Shown: positions 11,036 to 21,312, counted from the stretch's first letter. The stretch: DNA of 64,000 bases from Bacillus thermozeamaize (GCA_002159075.1 LZRT01000072.1:7096-71095), one strand, 5' to 3'. Notes: a model not told the origin generated them from the sequence alone. A program made the numbers and translations.

Positions 11036-11797
11036 ATGGCCAAGATCATCGCGGTCGCCAATCAAAAAGGCGGCGTCGGCAAGACGACCACCGCCATCAA
11101 CCTGGGAGCCAGTCTGGCCTCTTTTGGCAGCAAGGTGCTTCTGGTGGACGCCGATCCGCAGGGTAACACGACCAGCGGGATTGGCATCAATAAAGGAGAA
11201 GTGGAGTACTGTGTCTATGATGTCATGATTAATGATATATACCCGGAAAAAGCCATTTTGCCGACGAAGGAAGAAAATCTCTGGATCATTCCGGCTACCA
11301 TTCAACTGGCCGGTGCAGAAATTGAACTGGTTCCCATCATGTCTCGTGAAGTGCGGCTGAAAAAAGCGCTCTCTTTGGTGGAACAGAATTATGACTACAT
11401 CCTGATCGATTGCCCTCCATCCCTCGGCATTCTCACCGTCAACGCGCTGACCGCCGCCAATTCCGTTCTGATTCCCATCCAGTGTGAGTATTATGCGCTG
11501 GAAGGCGTCAGCCAGCTGCTCAACACCATCCGTCTCGTGCAAAAGCACCTCAACACCGAACTGGAAATCGAAGGCGTGCTGATGACGATGTTTGATGCCC
11601 GAACCAATCTGGGCATCCAGGTGGTACAGGAAGTGAAAAAATATTTTCGCGAGAAAGTGTATCAGACGATCATCCCCCGCAACGTCCGTCTCAGCGAAGC
11701 GCCAAGCCATGGCCTTTCCATCCTGACCTACGATCATCGTTCCAAGGGAGCCGAAATGTACCGCGAGTTGGCCAAAGAGGTGATGGGATGTGAGTAA
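11036..11797 (+). CDS. soj: Chromosome partitioning ATPase Soj/ParA
   Basis: NQKGGVGKTT, DPQGN, DCPPSLG and IPRNVRLSEAPSHG. Confidence 0.97.
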   Translation: MAKIIAVANQKGGVGKTTTAINLGASLASFGSKVLLVDADPQGNTTSGIGINKGEVEYCVYDVMINDIYPEKAILPTKEENLWIIPATIQLAGAEIELVPIMSREVRLKKALSLVEQNYDYILIDCPPSLGILTVNALTAANSVLIPIQCEYYALEGVSQLLNTIRLVQKHLNTELEIEGVLMTMFDARTNLGIQVVQEVKKYFREKVYQTIIPRNVRLSEAPSHGLSILTYDHRSKGAEMYRELAKEVMGCE

Positions 11798-12650
11798 AGG
11801 TCTGGGCAGGGGACTGGACGCCCTTCTGCCGCAAATGGACGGCGACGAAAACAGCATCCAGCAGGTATCGGTTCGCCAATTGCGCCCCAATCCGTACCAG
11901 CCGCGGAAAACGTTTTCCACAGAAGGATTGGAGGAGTTGACCGAGTCGATTCGCCAGCATGGGATGATTCAGCCCATTCTCGTTCGCAAGTCCCTGCATG
12001 GTTACGAAATTGTGGCCGGGGAGCGCCGCTGGCGTGCCGCCAAGATGGCCCGCCTGAAAACGGTGCCGGTCGTCGTCAAGGAATTCAGCGATGAGCAGGT
12101 CATGGAAATCGCTCTCATCGAAAATCTTCAACGGGAAGACCTCAATGCGATGGAAATTGCCCAAGCGTATGACAAGCTGATGCAGACGTTTGGCCTGACG
12201 CAGGAAGAGCTGGCGGCCAAAGTGGGAAAAAGCCGTCCACATGTGGCCAACTTCCTTCGCCTTCTCCAGTTGCCTCCGCGGGTGCAGGAAATGCTTTCCT
12301 CCGGCGAAGTCTCGATGGGACACGCCCGCGCCCTTCTCGGGCTGGCTGATGAGCAGGCCCAGATTCGTTTGGCGGAAACAGTCGTCCGCGAGAAGATGAG
12401 CGTTCGTCAACTGGAGGAGGAGATCCAAAAACAACGGCAAAATGTTTCACGTGAAACATTGCGGAAAAAGCAACCTGCGCGCAATACTTACGTCATAAAT
12501 ATAGAGGAGGTGCTGCGGCAAAACCTGGGCACCTCCGTCAGGATTAAAACCGGGAAGAAGAGAGGCCGCATCGAGATCGACTTTTATTCTGAAGAAGACC
12601 TGAACCGGATTATCGAACGGATTCTGCAAGGGAAGGAAGAGGGTTTGTGA
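11790..12650 (+). CDS. spo0J: Chromosome partitioning protein Spo0J/ParB
   Basis: MSKGLGRGLDALL, GERRWRA and ENLQREDL. Confidence 0.97.
   Translation: MSKGLGRGLDALLPQMDGDENSIQQVSVRQLRPNPYQPRKTFSTEGLEELTESIRQHGMIQPILVRKSLHGYEIVAGERRWRAAKMARLKTVPVVVKEFSDEQVMEIALIENLQREDLNAMEIAQAYDKLMQTFGLTQEELAAKVGKSRPHVANFLRLLQLPPRVQEMLSSGEVSMGHARALLGLADEQAQIRLAETVVREKMSVRQLEEEIQKQRQNVSRETLRKKQPARNTYVINIEEVLRQNLGTSVRIKTGKKRGRIEIDFYSEEDLNRIIERILQGKEEGL
12443..12458. promoter_or_regulatory. parS site inside spo0J
   Basis: Perfect palindrome TGTTTCACGTGAAACA (encodes NVSRET), as in B. subtilis spo0J. Confidence 0.95.
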
Positions 12651-13780
12651 TTTACCTGGATCAGGCGGCCACCAGCTTTCCCAAACCGCCGGAAGTGCGG
12701 GAAGCTGTCATGAGGTGTCTCGCAGAATACGCGGTCAATCCTGGCAGAGGCGACCATCAGCTGGTCAGACGCGCGCAGGAGCAGGTTTCCCTCGCGCGCC
12801 GGCGGGCGGCTGAACTTTTCCACATCCGGCATCCTGAACGGATCCTTTTTTTTCTCAATGCGACGCAAGCGATCAACCAGGCGATCAAAGGCCTCGTCCG
12901 CCCGGGAGACCATGTGATCGCGAGCGGCATGGAACATAATGCCGTGCGGCGGCCTCTCTTGCATCTGCAAAGGAATGGGGTGGAGGTCACTTTCCTGAAA
13001 GGGGACCGATGGGGGGTGCCGACAGCGGAAGAGGTGGACTCCGCCTTGCGCGAAAATACCCGGCTGGTCATTCTCAACCATGCGTCCAACGTCACCGGCG
13101 CCATTGCCGACATCGGTGCCGTTGGCCAACGCTTGCGGCAGAAGGGTGTGGCGTTCATGGTGGATGCGGCCCAGAGCGCCGGCGTTCTGCCGATCAACGT
13201 AGAGGAGATGGGCATTCACCTCTTGGCTTTTGCCGGGCATAAAGGGCTGTACGGGCCGCAAGGAGTCGGAGGGCTGTACATCAGCGAGGAACTGGATTTG
13301 GTGCCGCTGATTCACGGTGGTACGGGGATTCATTCGTCGGATGCCGATCAGCCCGTTTCCCTGCCGGAACGGTACGAAAGCGGTACGTTGAACACGCCAG
13401 GCCTGGCCGGCCTGGCAGCCGGACTGGAGATCGTGTTGGCCCGGGGCGTCGATGCCATTTTCCGCCACGAATGGGAATTGATCCAGCATCTGCAGTCGGA
13501 ACTGGAGCAAATCCCGGGGGTTACCGTCTATGGTCCGCCGCTGGGCCAGCCAAAAGTGGGGGTTCTTTCGTTTCAGGTGGAAGGCTACCATTCGGAGGAG
13601 GTGGCCATTCTTCTGGATGAACACTTTCGCATTGCCGTGCGCGGCGGCTTGCACTGCGCGCCGTTGGTCCACGAGCGGTTGGGCACGCTTGGCAGCGGCA
13701 CGGTGCGTGCCAGTGTCGGCCTGTTTAATACGCATGACGAGATCGGAAAACTGGTCGCCGCCGTGCGGGAACTGATTTGA
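12647..13780 (+). CDS. Cysteine desulfurase-family class V PLP aminotransferase
   Basis: IYLDQAATS, DAAQSAG, GHKGLYGPQG and RGGLHCA. Confidence 0.9.
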   Translation: MIYLDQAATSFPKPPEVREAVMRCLAEYAVNPGRGDHQLVRRAQEQVSLARRRAAELFHIRHPERILFFLNATQAINQAIKGLVRPGDHVIASGMEHNAVRRPLLHLQRNGVEVTFLKGDRWGVPTAEEVDSALRENTRLVILNHASNVTGAIADIGAVGQRLRQKGVAFMVDAAQSAGVLPINVEEMGIHLLAFAGHKGLYGPQGVGGLYISEELDLVPLIHGGTGIHSSDADQPVSLPERYESGTLNTPGLAGLAAGLEIVLARGVDAIFRHEWELIQHLQSELEQIPGVTVYGPPLGQPKVGVLSFQVEGYHSEEVAILLDEHFRIAVRGGLHCAPLVHERLGTLGSGTVRASVGLFNTHDEIGKLVAAVRELI

Positions 13781-13826
13781 TCTTCACCTTAAATCATTTG
13801 TCACACGGTAGATAAGGGAGACGAAC

Positions 13827-14471
13827 ATGCGAGCGATGAATACACCGACGGATTTTCAAATGGATTGGCAGTCCGCCTTGTCCGCCATCTCTGACACCAA
13901 CAACGCGCTGTTTTGGATTGCCCTGATCTTGCTTGGAATCTTTCTCGTGCAGCTCATCCTGTTCATCATCTGGGGGGTTCAAGCCAGACAAATTCGTCAG
14001 ATCCGGCGGCGATACCGGAAGCTATTGTCGCACCTTGGGAGTGAGCAGGGAGGGGATCTGCTCCATCAGTTGCTGACAGAACAGGAATCCCTGCAAGCGC
14101 AGGTGGCCGGCTTGAAACAGGAGCTGGCACAATGCACGCAGGAGATGGCCCGCTTGAAGCAGGAGCAGGCACAACACGTTTCCCGCGTGGGGATGATTCG
14201 TTACAACGCGTTCCGGGAGACGGGCAATGATCTGAGCTTCTCCGTTGCCTGGGTCAACGAGCGGCTGGATGGTGTCGTGATCACCAGCATCTATTCCCGA
14301 GGCGAGTGCAGCGTGTACGCCAAGCCGCTCAGCGGGGGACAGTCCGCCTATCCGCTCAGTCCTGAAGAACAGGAAGCGATTCAACATGCGGCGGCGAGCA
14401 AAGTGCTGGACCAAAACAAGAGAACAGACGGAAACAAGAGCACGCCCGAGGTGCCGTTGTCACGCGCCTGA
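13827..14471 (+). CDS. DUF4446-like membrane-anchored coiled-coil protein
   Basis: One TM segment, a coiled coil, then RYNAF..G.DLSFS...YAKP...LSPEE; conserved position after parB. Confidence 0.75.
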   Translation: MRAMNTPTDFQMDWQSALSAISDTNNALFWIALILLGIFLVQLILFIIWGVQARQIRQIRRRYRKLLSHLGSEQGGDLLHQLLTEQESLQAQVAGLKQELAQCTQEMARLKQEQAQHVSRVGMIRYNAFRETGNDLSFSVAWVNERLDGVVITSIYSRGECSVYAKPLSGGQSAYPLSPEEQEAIQHAAASKVLDQNKRTDGNKSTPEVPLSRA

Positions 14472-14519
14472 CGGCCGCCCGAACGGCGTTGCTCCTGCCT
14501 TGCAGGCTGGTTCCAAGAT

Positions 14520-15188
14520 TCAGCCTGTGCTGAACTCACCGCGCTGGTCACCTTTTGGTGACATTTTTTTGTCCAAACTCTGAATCGTAACCAGCGGTCC
14601 GTCTTTGTAAGCCATCCTGTGCAAGCGGGTAAAGGCCAGGTGGATGCTGCCGGCCATCACCTGCGCCATTTTGATGACGTGGGCCAGGCGCGTATTTTGC
14701 AGGACGAAATACTCCATAAACCCGCCCGCGTTGACGACGCAGGTGAAGGAAAGATCGCCCACTTCGGGCAGGCGTTTGTTGACACCCGCGCCTGGACGCA
14801 AGCTTCCTTCCTGGAGACTAATCATCCCGATGTGCTTGTACTGCCCCAGACAGGCGTCCACAGAGAGAATAAAGGCGTTCGGGTGCCTGCGGTGGATCTG
14901 CTCGATCTGTTCTTTCAGGTTCATGGCATGGACGGGCTCGTCCAATGTGCCATAAATGGTCAGCCCCTGTGGAGCCAGTTGCGCAAGCTGCGAACCAACC
15001 AAGGGGCCCAGAGCATCCCCGGTGGAGCGGTCGGTGCCGATCGCCAGGCACAAGAATTCCCGCTGATGGACGTGCGGGAGCAGGGAGCGGACCAGGGCCT
15101 GTGCCAGCACCTCCGTCGCATTGGCGTCATCATATGGGATTCGGCAAAGCGTCTGGTTGGATGCAAATGGTTTGGGAGGGTTTCTCAT
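14520..15188 (-). CDS. yyaC: Spore protease YyaC (GPR-like)
   Basis: IGTDRSTGDALGP, GTLDEPVHA, DACLG and LQNTRL. Confidence 0.92.
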   Translation of the reverse strand: MRNPPKPFASNQTLCRIPYDDANATEVLAQALVRSLLPHVHQREFLCLAIGTDRSTGDALGPLVGSQLAQLAPQGLTIYGTLDEPVHAMNLKEQIEQIHRRHPNAFILSVDACLGQYKHIGMISLQEGSLRPGAGVNKRLPEVGDLSFTCVVNAGGFMEYFVLQNTRLAHVIKMAQVMAGSIHLAFTRLHRMAYKDGPLVTIQSLDKKMSPKGDQRGEFSTG

Positions 15189-15316
15189 CGCGTCACACCG
15201 TTTCTGCAATAATCGTCCAAACATTATTAACTAGTATACGGAGAAAGAATTGGAAATATACATGAGAAGGGGGATTGTCCGAAAGAGGAAAATGACGCGT
15301 GGAAAGAGGCGGTAAG

Positions 15317-16441
15317 ATGAGCGCAGCTGGCAGGACGGGCGTCTTGGGCAACAGTTTTCGCCTGGCGATGACCATTGTCGGAACCACCATTGGGGCAGGG
15401 TTTGCCTCGGGAAGGGAGATATGGGAGTTTTTTACGGTATACGGCGCGGGCAGCGGGCAAGGCATTCTCCTCTTTGCAGGGCTTTATGCCTTGTGTTGTT
15501 GGGTCATTTTGCGCATCAGCTGGCAGACGAAGCCGGCCAGCTACTCGGAACTTCTCTTCCGCCTGATGTCGCCGCTGATGGCCAGGGTGTATGATGGCTT
15601 GATCATGTTCTACCTGTTTTCATTGTCTGCCGTCATGTTTGCGGCAAGCGGCGCCGTCTTCGCGGACGTTCGGCTGCCCTTTCATCTCGGCGTGCTGGCC
15701 ATCGCCGTCTTGGTGTTCAGCGTGTTGATCTTCCAGATTCGGGGCTTGCTTTCCCTCAACAGCTGGCTGATTCCGTTGCTCGTCCTGATGCTGGCTGCCA
15801 TCGCCTTTTTTTATCTTATGGGCGGCGAACCAGGCGATTCTCAAGGAAGAGAACAAACGGAACAGCTTGAACAGCGTTTTGAGGCGCGCTTCCAACCGTA
15901 CTATGGGGTCTGGGCTTCATCCGTCGTATACACCTCATTCAACTTGGTGCCGATGATAGGTGTTCTCTGCATGGCGGCCAGGGAAAGCCGCCACCCCCGA
16001 GAACTGGCCATCGGATCGCTGCTCAGCGGCCTCTTCCTGGGAGGTCTCGCCTGGCTGCTCAATGGCGCCCTCCTGAACATGCCCGTGGATGTGGCGGCGG
16101 AGAGGGAGATTCTCCTCTTCGAACTGGCCGGCCATTTCCCGTTCCGGGTCGAAAAGCTGGTGTTCTTGTCGCTGTGGCTGGCGATTTACACCACGGCGCT
16201 GAGCAGCATCTTCAGTCTGGCCACGCGGCTTAAGGTGATCGTTATTTGGCCGCACTCCCTCATCCTCGCGATCCTGGTGATCGGGATCATCCCGTTCAGT
16301 TATTTCGGGTTTGCCACTTTAGTGAAAATCCTTTATCCTATATTCGGAATGGCCAGCTTGTTTTTTGTCGGCTGTCTTCTGCTGTCTTGGATTCGCGGCG
16401 ACGACAGCCTGCCGAACCATCACGGTTTCTCGGGGAGATGA
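15317..16441 (+). CDS. YkvI/YyaD-family multi-pass membrane protein
   Basis: GTTIGAGFASGREIWEFF and GFATLVKILYP; about 10 TM segments. Confidence 0.8.
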   Translation: MSAAGRTGVLGNSFRLAMTIVGTTIGAGFASGREIWEFFTVYGAGSGQGILLFAGLYALCCWVILRISWQTKPASYSELLFRLMSPLMARVYDGLIMFYLFSLSAVMFAASGAVFADVRLPFHLGVLAIAVLVFSVLIFQIRGLLSLNSWLIPLLVLMLAAIAFFYLMGGEPGDSQGREQTEQLEQRFEARFQPYYGVWASSVVYTSFNLVPMIGVLCMAARESRHPRELAIGSLLSGLFLGGLAWLLNGALLNMPVDVAAEREILLFELAGHFPFRVEKLVFLSLWLAIYTTALSSIFSLATRLKVIVIWPHSLILAILVIGIIPFSYFGFATLVKILYPIFGMASLFFVGCLLLSWIRGDDSLPNHHGFSGR

Positions 16442-16677
16442 AGCCGACCGTGGAGAAAAGCTTTCAGCTTTACGACATCGTGGAAATGAAAAAGCCGCAC
16501 CCGTGCGGAACCAATGCCTGGAGAGTGATTCGCATGGGCATGGACATCCGCATCAAATGCACCGGGTGCGGGCACAGCGTCCTGATGCCCCGCAGGGAGT
16601 TTGTCCGCAAGATGAAGAAGGTACTGATTCCTTACCAGGACGACTCGCGACAGGATGAGTTGAAGACGGAATCTTGA
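16438..16677 (+). CDS. DUF951 family small Zn-ribbon protein
   Basis: DIVEMKKPHPCG...RMGMDIRIKCTGCGH; conserved upstream of ychF. Confidence 0.88.
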   Translation: MKPTVEKSFQLYDIVEMKKPHPCGTNAWRVIRMGMDIRIKCTGCGHSVLMPRREFVRKMKKVLIPYQDDSRQDELKTES

Positions 16678-16711
16678 ACAAGACTTGAACGTTTGCAATC
16701 GGAGGAGAACC

Positions 16712-17809
16712 ATGTTATCAACGGGAATTGTCGGGTTGCCCAATGTGGGCAAATCAACGCTGTTCAATGCGATTACACAGGCAGGTGCGGAAGCGGCCAA
16801 CTATCCCTTTTGCACCATCGATCCCAATGTGGGTGTCGTGGAAGTGCCCGATGAGCGGCTGGTCCACTTGCAGGAAATGTTTCAATCCAGGCGAGTGGTG
16901 CCGACCGCTTTTCAATTTGTCGATATCGCCGGCCTGGTGAAAGGAGCCAGCAAGGGAGAGGGGCTCGGCAACCAGTTTCTTGCCCATATTCGTGAAGTGG
17001 ATGCCATCGCCCACGTGGTCCGGTGTTTTGAGGACTCAGACATCACCCATGTGGCGGGCCGGATTGACCCGCTTGACGACATCCGCACCATCAACATGGA
17101 GCTCATCCTGGCCGATCTGGAAACAGTGGAGCGGCGCATCGAGCGCACGCGCCGGCAGGCCAAGAGCGGTGAGAAGAAGTTTCAGCAGGAATTGGCCGTC
17201 CTCGAGCGGCTGAAACAGGCGCTGGAAGAGGAAAGGCCGGCACGTCAGGTGGATTTGAGCGATGAGGAGCGTCTGCTGGTGCGGGATTTGCACCTCTTGA
17301 CGATGAAGCCGGTGCTGTATGTGGCCAATGTCAGTGAGGAAGAGGTGGCCCGTCCCTTTGACAATCCTCATGTCCAGAAAGTGATGGAATTTGCCGCCGC
17401 CGAGGGGGCGGAAGTGGTTCCGATCAGTGCCCGGGTGGAGGCGGAGATCGCCGAGTTGCCCGCGGAGGAACGGGGGGAATTCCTGCGCGAGCTGGGGCTT
17501 GAGGCAGCCGGACTGGAGCGGTTGATCCGGCAGGCATACCGGTTGCTCGGACTGATCACCTTCCTGACGGCCGGTGAACAGGAAGTGCGGGCCTGGACGA
17601 TTCGCCAGGGAACCAAAGCGCCCCAGGCGGCCGGTGTGATCCACAGCGACTTTGAACGGGGATTCATTCGGGCGGAAGTGGTGGCTTATGACGATCTGAT
17701 GGCGGCCGGATCGATGGCGGCCGCCCGGGAAAAAGGACTGATCCGTCTGGAAGGGAAGGATTACGTGGTCCAGGACGGCGACGTGATCTACTTCCGCTTC
17801 AATGTCTGA
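16712..17809 (+). CDS. ychF: Ribosome-binding ATPase YchF
   Basis: GIVGLPNVGKST, ANYPFCTI, GEGLGNQFL and C-terminal YFRFNV. Confidence 0.98.
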   Translation: MLSTGIVGLPNVGKSTLFNAITQAGAEAANYPFCTIDPNVGVVEVPDERLVHLQEMFQSRRVVPTAFQFVDIAGLVKGASKGEGLGNQFLAHIREVDAIAHVVRCFEDSDITHVAGRIDPLDDIRTINMELILADLETVERRIERTRRQAKSGEKKFQQELAVLERLKQALEEERPARQVDLSDEERLLVRDLHLLTMKPVLYVANVSEEEVARPFDNPHVQKVMEFAAAEGAEVVPISARVEAEIAELPAEERGEFLRELGLEAAGLERLIRQAYRLLGLITFLTAGEQEVRAWTIRQGTKAPQAAGVIHSDFERGFIRAEVVAYDDLMAAGSMAAAREKGLIRLEGKDYVVQDGDVIYFRFNV

Positions 17810-17818
17810 AAAAGGCCA

Positions 17819-19501
17819 TCAAGTCGACCTTTCACGCAGCTCCCGGCGGAGAAATTTGCCGGAAGCTGTTTTTGGTATTTCCGGCAAAAACTCCACCATC
17901 CGTGGATATTTGTAAGCCGCCATCCGTTCCTTGCAGAATTGGATGATCTCCTCCGCCGTCACCTTCCCCGCGTAATCCTCCCGGAGGGCCACGAAAGCTT
18001 TCACCGTTTCTCCCCGGTAGGGATCGGGCACGCCGACGACCGCCGCCTCCTTGACGGCTGGATGCTGATACAGGGTATCCTCCACCTCCCGTGGCCATAC
18101 CTTGTACCCAGAGGCGTTGATCATGTCCTTTTTGCGGTCGACGACGTAAAACCAGCCTTCTTCGTCCATGACCACGACGTCTCCGGTCAGGAAGTACCCG
18201 TTGTGAAACGCCTTTTCGGTGGCTTCGGGCTTCTGCCAATAACCGGAGAAAATCATCGGGCCGCGTACGGCAAATTCGCCCGCTTCACCGACGCCCACTT
18301 CGCGGTCGGGGTCTTCCAAATCGACCACCTTCGCGTCCACATTGGGAATGGGCACGCCGACCGACAGCGCGCCGCTGCCGGGATCGACAGGGGCCTTTGC
18401 GCCCATCGGCACGGCATGGGTGGGCGAGTTGCTTTCCGTCAACCCGTAGATGTTGTGAATGTAGGCGCCGAATTGCCGTTCGAACTGTTCGACCAGGCTG
18501 GGCGCAATCGGCGCACCCCCACTGTAACATTTCCGCAGCGAACGGACATCCGCGTGTTTGGCGCCGGGAGCGTTCATCAAGGCGATGTAGGCCGTGATGG
18601 AGGCCACGGTCATCGTCGGCTGCCACGTTTCGATCATGCGCAAGGCCTCTTCCGAATCAAAGCGGTGGAACAAAACCAGCGGCACCCCCGCCAAGGCAGC
18701 CAGGGCTGCGTGGCCGACGATGCCGGTGATGTGAAAGAGCGGCGCCATGCCGAACACCGTGTCGTCCGGCCCGATTTGCATCCAGGTGCGGTACGCATTG
18801 GCGTTGAACGCGATGTTCCGGTGGAGGTTCATCGCTCCCTTGGGCAAACCGGTGGTCCCGGAAGTATAGACCAGGTACGCCGTGTCTTCCGGCCTCACCT
18901 CGGCCCGCGCACCCGGATCGGGCGCCGTTTGTTCCAACGCCGGAAACAGGTCGACCGTGCCGGCCGGCACCGTTTTTTCCGTCTGGGTCAAGAGCGTGAT
19001 CTGACGCCAGCGGTCGCCGGACAACCCGTCGGCCTCATGGGTGGTGACCACCTGTTCGACAGCCGTCTCGCCGATCACCGTCTCTGCATGGGCGGCATAC
19101 AGGGAGTCCAGCGCCACCAGGACCTTGGCTCCGGAGTCTTGCAGGTGATACCGGACTTCCTTTTCCTTGAACATGGGGTTGAGGGGCACCACGATGGCGC
19201 CCCGCTTCCACGCGCCGTACTGGGCGATGAGAAACTGGGGATTGTTCTGCAGGTAGAGCGCCACCCGGTCGCCTGGGCCGACGCCCCACCGGGCGAGCAG
19301 GGTGGCGAACCGGTCGGCCAAATCGTTCAACCGGCGATAGGAGATCGTCTCATAGAAATAATGGATCGCTGGCGCCTCCCCCGCCCTTCGGACGCTTTCT
19401 TCAAAGAGATCGATCATGCTCTTCTGGGGTAAGGGGAGTTCGCTTGGAACAAATGCCGGATAATGTTTCAACCACGGTTTGTGCGCATACACGGATGCCA
19501 T
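17819..19501 (-). CDS. Long-chain fatty acid--CoA ligase (class I adenylate-forming)
   Basis: YTSGTTGLPKG, YGLTE, TGD, DRKKDMI and PKTASGK. Confidence 0.9.
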   Translation of the reverse strand: MASVYAHKPWLKHYPAFVPSELPLPQKSMIDLFEESVRRAGEAPAIHYFYETISYRRLNDLADRFATLLARWGVGPGDRVALYLQNNPQFLIAQYGAWKRGAIVVPLNPMFKEKEVRYHLQDSGAKVLVALDSLYAAHAETVIGETAVEQVVTTHEADGLSGDRWRQITLLTQTEKTVPAGTVDLFPALEQTAPDPGARAEVRPEDTAYLVYTSGTTGLPKGAMNLHRNIAFNANAYRTWMQIGPDDTVFGMAPLFHITGIVGHAALAALAGVPLVLFHRFDSEEALRMIETWQPTMTVASITAYIALMNAPGAKHADVRSLRKCYSGGAPIAPSLVEQFERQFGAYIHNIYGLTESNSPTHAVPMGAKAPVDPGSGALSVGVPIPNVDAKVVDLEDPDREVGVGEAGEFAVRGPMIFSGYWQKPEATEKAFHNGYFLTGDVVVMDEEGWFYVVDRKKDMINASGYKVWPREVEDTLYQHPAVKEAAVVGVPDPYRGETVKAFVALREDYAGKVTAEEIIQFCKERMAAYKYPRMVEFLPEIPKTASGKFLRRELRERST

Positions 19502-19630
19502 GGTTTCGCCTCCTTCCAAGGATCAACGGGGACCTTATTTCACACCAACCGGATGAGGAATGGACCTCTCCCCGCGCAGGTATATTTCTTTTGTTGCTAT
19601 ATTTTTTATGGCAGTATTTTATTTATAAAG

Positions 19631-19772
19631 CATAGAGACCTCACTCCTTTTTACCGCGCGTTCAAGCACAGTGTTTTTTTTTTGCCCTAGTGAGGTCTCT
19701 TTCCCTTTTGTTTCCGCTTTTATTCCGCTTTTTTCCTTCCCTGAACACCTACTTAAAACTTTGCATGCTTGA
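19631..19772 (-). mobile_element. Possible IS end remnant with an RBS-sequestering 12-bp inverted repeat
   Basis: AGAGACCTCACT (19634-19645) and AGTGAGGTCTCT (19689-19700). On the minus strand one arm overlaps RBS AAGGAGTGAGG just before an ATG that stops after 4 codons. Resemblance to ISLre2-type ends is from memory only. Confidence 0.3.
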
Positions 19773-19819
19773 CCGCCCTTGTGTTGAACATCGCGATCTG
19801 TCTATTGCTACAACAGTTA

Positions 19820-20770
19820 TTAGGATCCTTCAAACCATCTGCGTGCGTTATCCACCATCATGAGATGAATTTGTTCATCGGTCACCCCAGCCCGTTTTAA
19901 TTCCGGGATCACTTCGGTGAGCACATAAGTCATCGACCACTTGGGGAACATCTGACGTGCTGTCTCTTCTGGAAACCAGTCGATGGTGCAACAATAATCC
20001 TGCGAGAGTAACATCCGATCTGCATAGCCACGCTTGGCCAACTCCACCACAGTGGCGTTTCGCCGTTCAGTTGAACAGCCAAACTGACCCGTCAATCCAT
20101 AGCGATCCATTCCCATGAACGGTCCCCTGTCCACCACCTGAAGAAGATACTCCAGGCTGTCTGTATCACCACAATGACCGATCAATACCCGCTTCGGATC
20201 CACTCCTTCTTCTTCAAAAATGTCCATTTGTTTTAACCCTGTTCCGCTCGCCGGATGAGAGTGGGTCATAATAGGTACGCCCGTCCTCAGATGGGCACGA
20301 GCTGCCGCACGAAGCACCTTTTCCACGTCAGGGGTGATGCCCTGCGCATCTGTTGCACATTTTATAAAACCAGCCTTGATATCGGTGTTTTGGATGCCCA
20401 CTTCAATATCACGGACAAACAGGTCGGCCATATAGTCAATATCCCTGTTCTGAAAGTGTGGCGGAACGTAGTGGTAGGAATAGATGCCGGTTGCCGCAAC
20501 AATTTGTACGCCGGTGGCTCGTGATACCCGTTCTATAAAACGGATGTCGCGACCCAGTTCCATAACTGTCGGATCGCAGATAGTCTTCACCCCGAGGGCC
20601 TTTGCCGCGTTCACCTGTTCGACAGCTTTGTTGAAATCATATTCATCGTCGTATAGGTGAGGAAATTGGAACGCGACCGATTCAGAACGTACCCTCATGT
20701 GCTCGTGGATCAGTGTCAAACCCAACTCACTCGAATCAACCGGACCTGTTACTGTGTTGACAGTTGTCAT
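19820..20770 (-). CDS. Phosphotriesterase-family (PTE-like lactonase) amidohydrolase
   Basis: VNTVTG, TLIHEH (HxH), GFIKCAT (carboxylated Lys), THS, GHC and LLSQD; visibly lower GC than neighbours. Confidence 0.9.
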   Translation of the reverse strand: MTTVNTVTGPVDSSELGLTLIHEHMRVRSESVAFQFPHLYDDEYDFNKAVEQVNAAKALGVKTICDPTVMELGRDIRFIERVSRATGVQIVAATGIYSYHYVPPHFQNRDIDYMADLFVRDIEVGIQNTDIKAGFIKCATDAQGITPDVEKVLRAAARAHLRTGVPIMTHSHPASGTGLKQMDIFEEEGVDPKRVLIGHCGDTDSLEYLLQVVDRGPFMGMDRYGLTGQFGCSTERRNATVVELAKRGYADRMLLSQDYCCTIDWFPEETARQMFPKWSMTYVLTEVIPELKRAGVTDEQIHLMMVDNARRWFEGS

Positions 20771-20971
20771 ATACCCATCTCCCTTGTAATTAAAGTTCGT
20801 TCTTATTTGATTTATCTGATTCATTATTCATTTAGTCTTAGTTTAGGGAATAAAGTTTTATTTGTCAATAATGGGACAATGTGCAAACAGGGCTGACGTG
20901 CAATTGCATCCATATGAAAAATGTGTTATCATCCCGTAATGTGGATCTTTGTCTTTCCATATCAGACGATT

Positions 20972-21019
20972 CACTCCTTGCTCCCGCCAAGGGGGCCGTT
21001 TCAGTCCAGAAGGAGGTGC
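20972..21019 (+). ncRNA. S6:S18 ribosomal protein leader (cis-regulatory RNA)
   Basis: CACTCCTT pairs with the RBS AAGGAGGTG, enclosing an inner CTCCC..GGGGG stem and a CCG bulge; directly upstream of rpsF. Confidence 0.7.
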
Positions 21020-21024
21020 AAAGG

Positions 21025-21312
21025 ATGCGGCCTTATGAAGTGATGTACATTTTGCGCCCAGACCTGGAGGAAGAGGCCATCAAAGAATTGGTCAGCCGCT
21101 TCCAGGATGTGGTGACAAGCCGCGGTGGAGAAATCACCCAGTTGAACGAAATGGGAAGGCGGCGGCTTGCTTATAAAATCGATCACTTCCGTGAGGGGTA
21201 TTACGTGGTGATGAATTTCAACAGCGACCCGGAAGCTTCGACGGAGCTGGATCGGGTGCTGAAGATTTCAGACGCAGTGATTCGCCACATGATCATCCGG
21301 GATGACGAGTGA
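21025..21312 (+). CDS. rpsF: 30S ribosomal protein S6
   Basis: [12 protein letters not shown]...GRRRLAYKI. Confidence 0.97.
   Translation: MRPYEVMYILRPDLEEEAIKELVSRFQDVVTSRGGEITQLNEMGRRRLAYKIDHFREGYYVVMNFNSDPEASTELDRVLKISDAVIRHMIIRDDE

Noticed and set aside
12647-14471. Cysteine desulfurase coupled to spo0J as part of a DNA phosphorothioation system
   Set aside because: No dnd/ssp genes in the window, and this parB-desulfurase-DUF4446 linkage is common backbone in spore-forming Bacillota.
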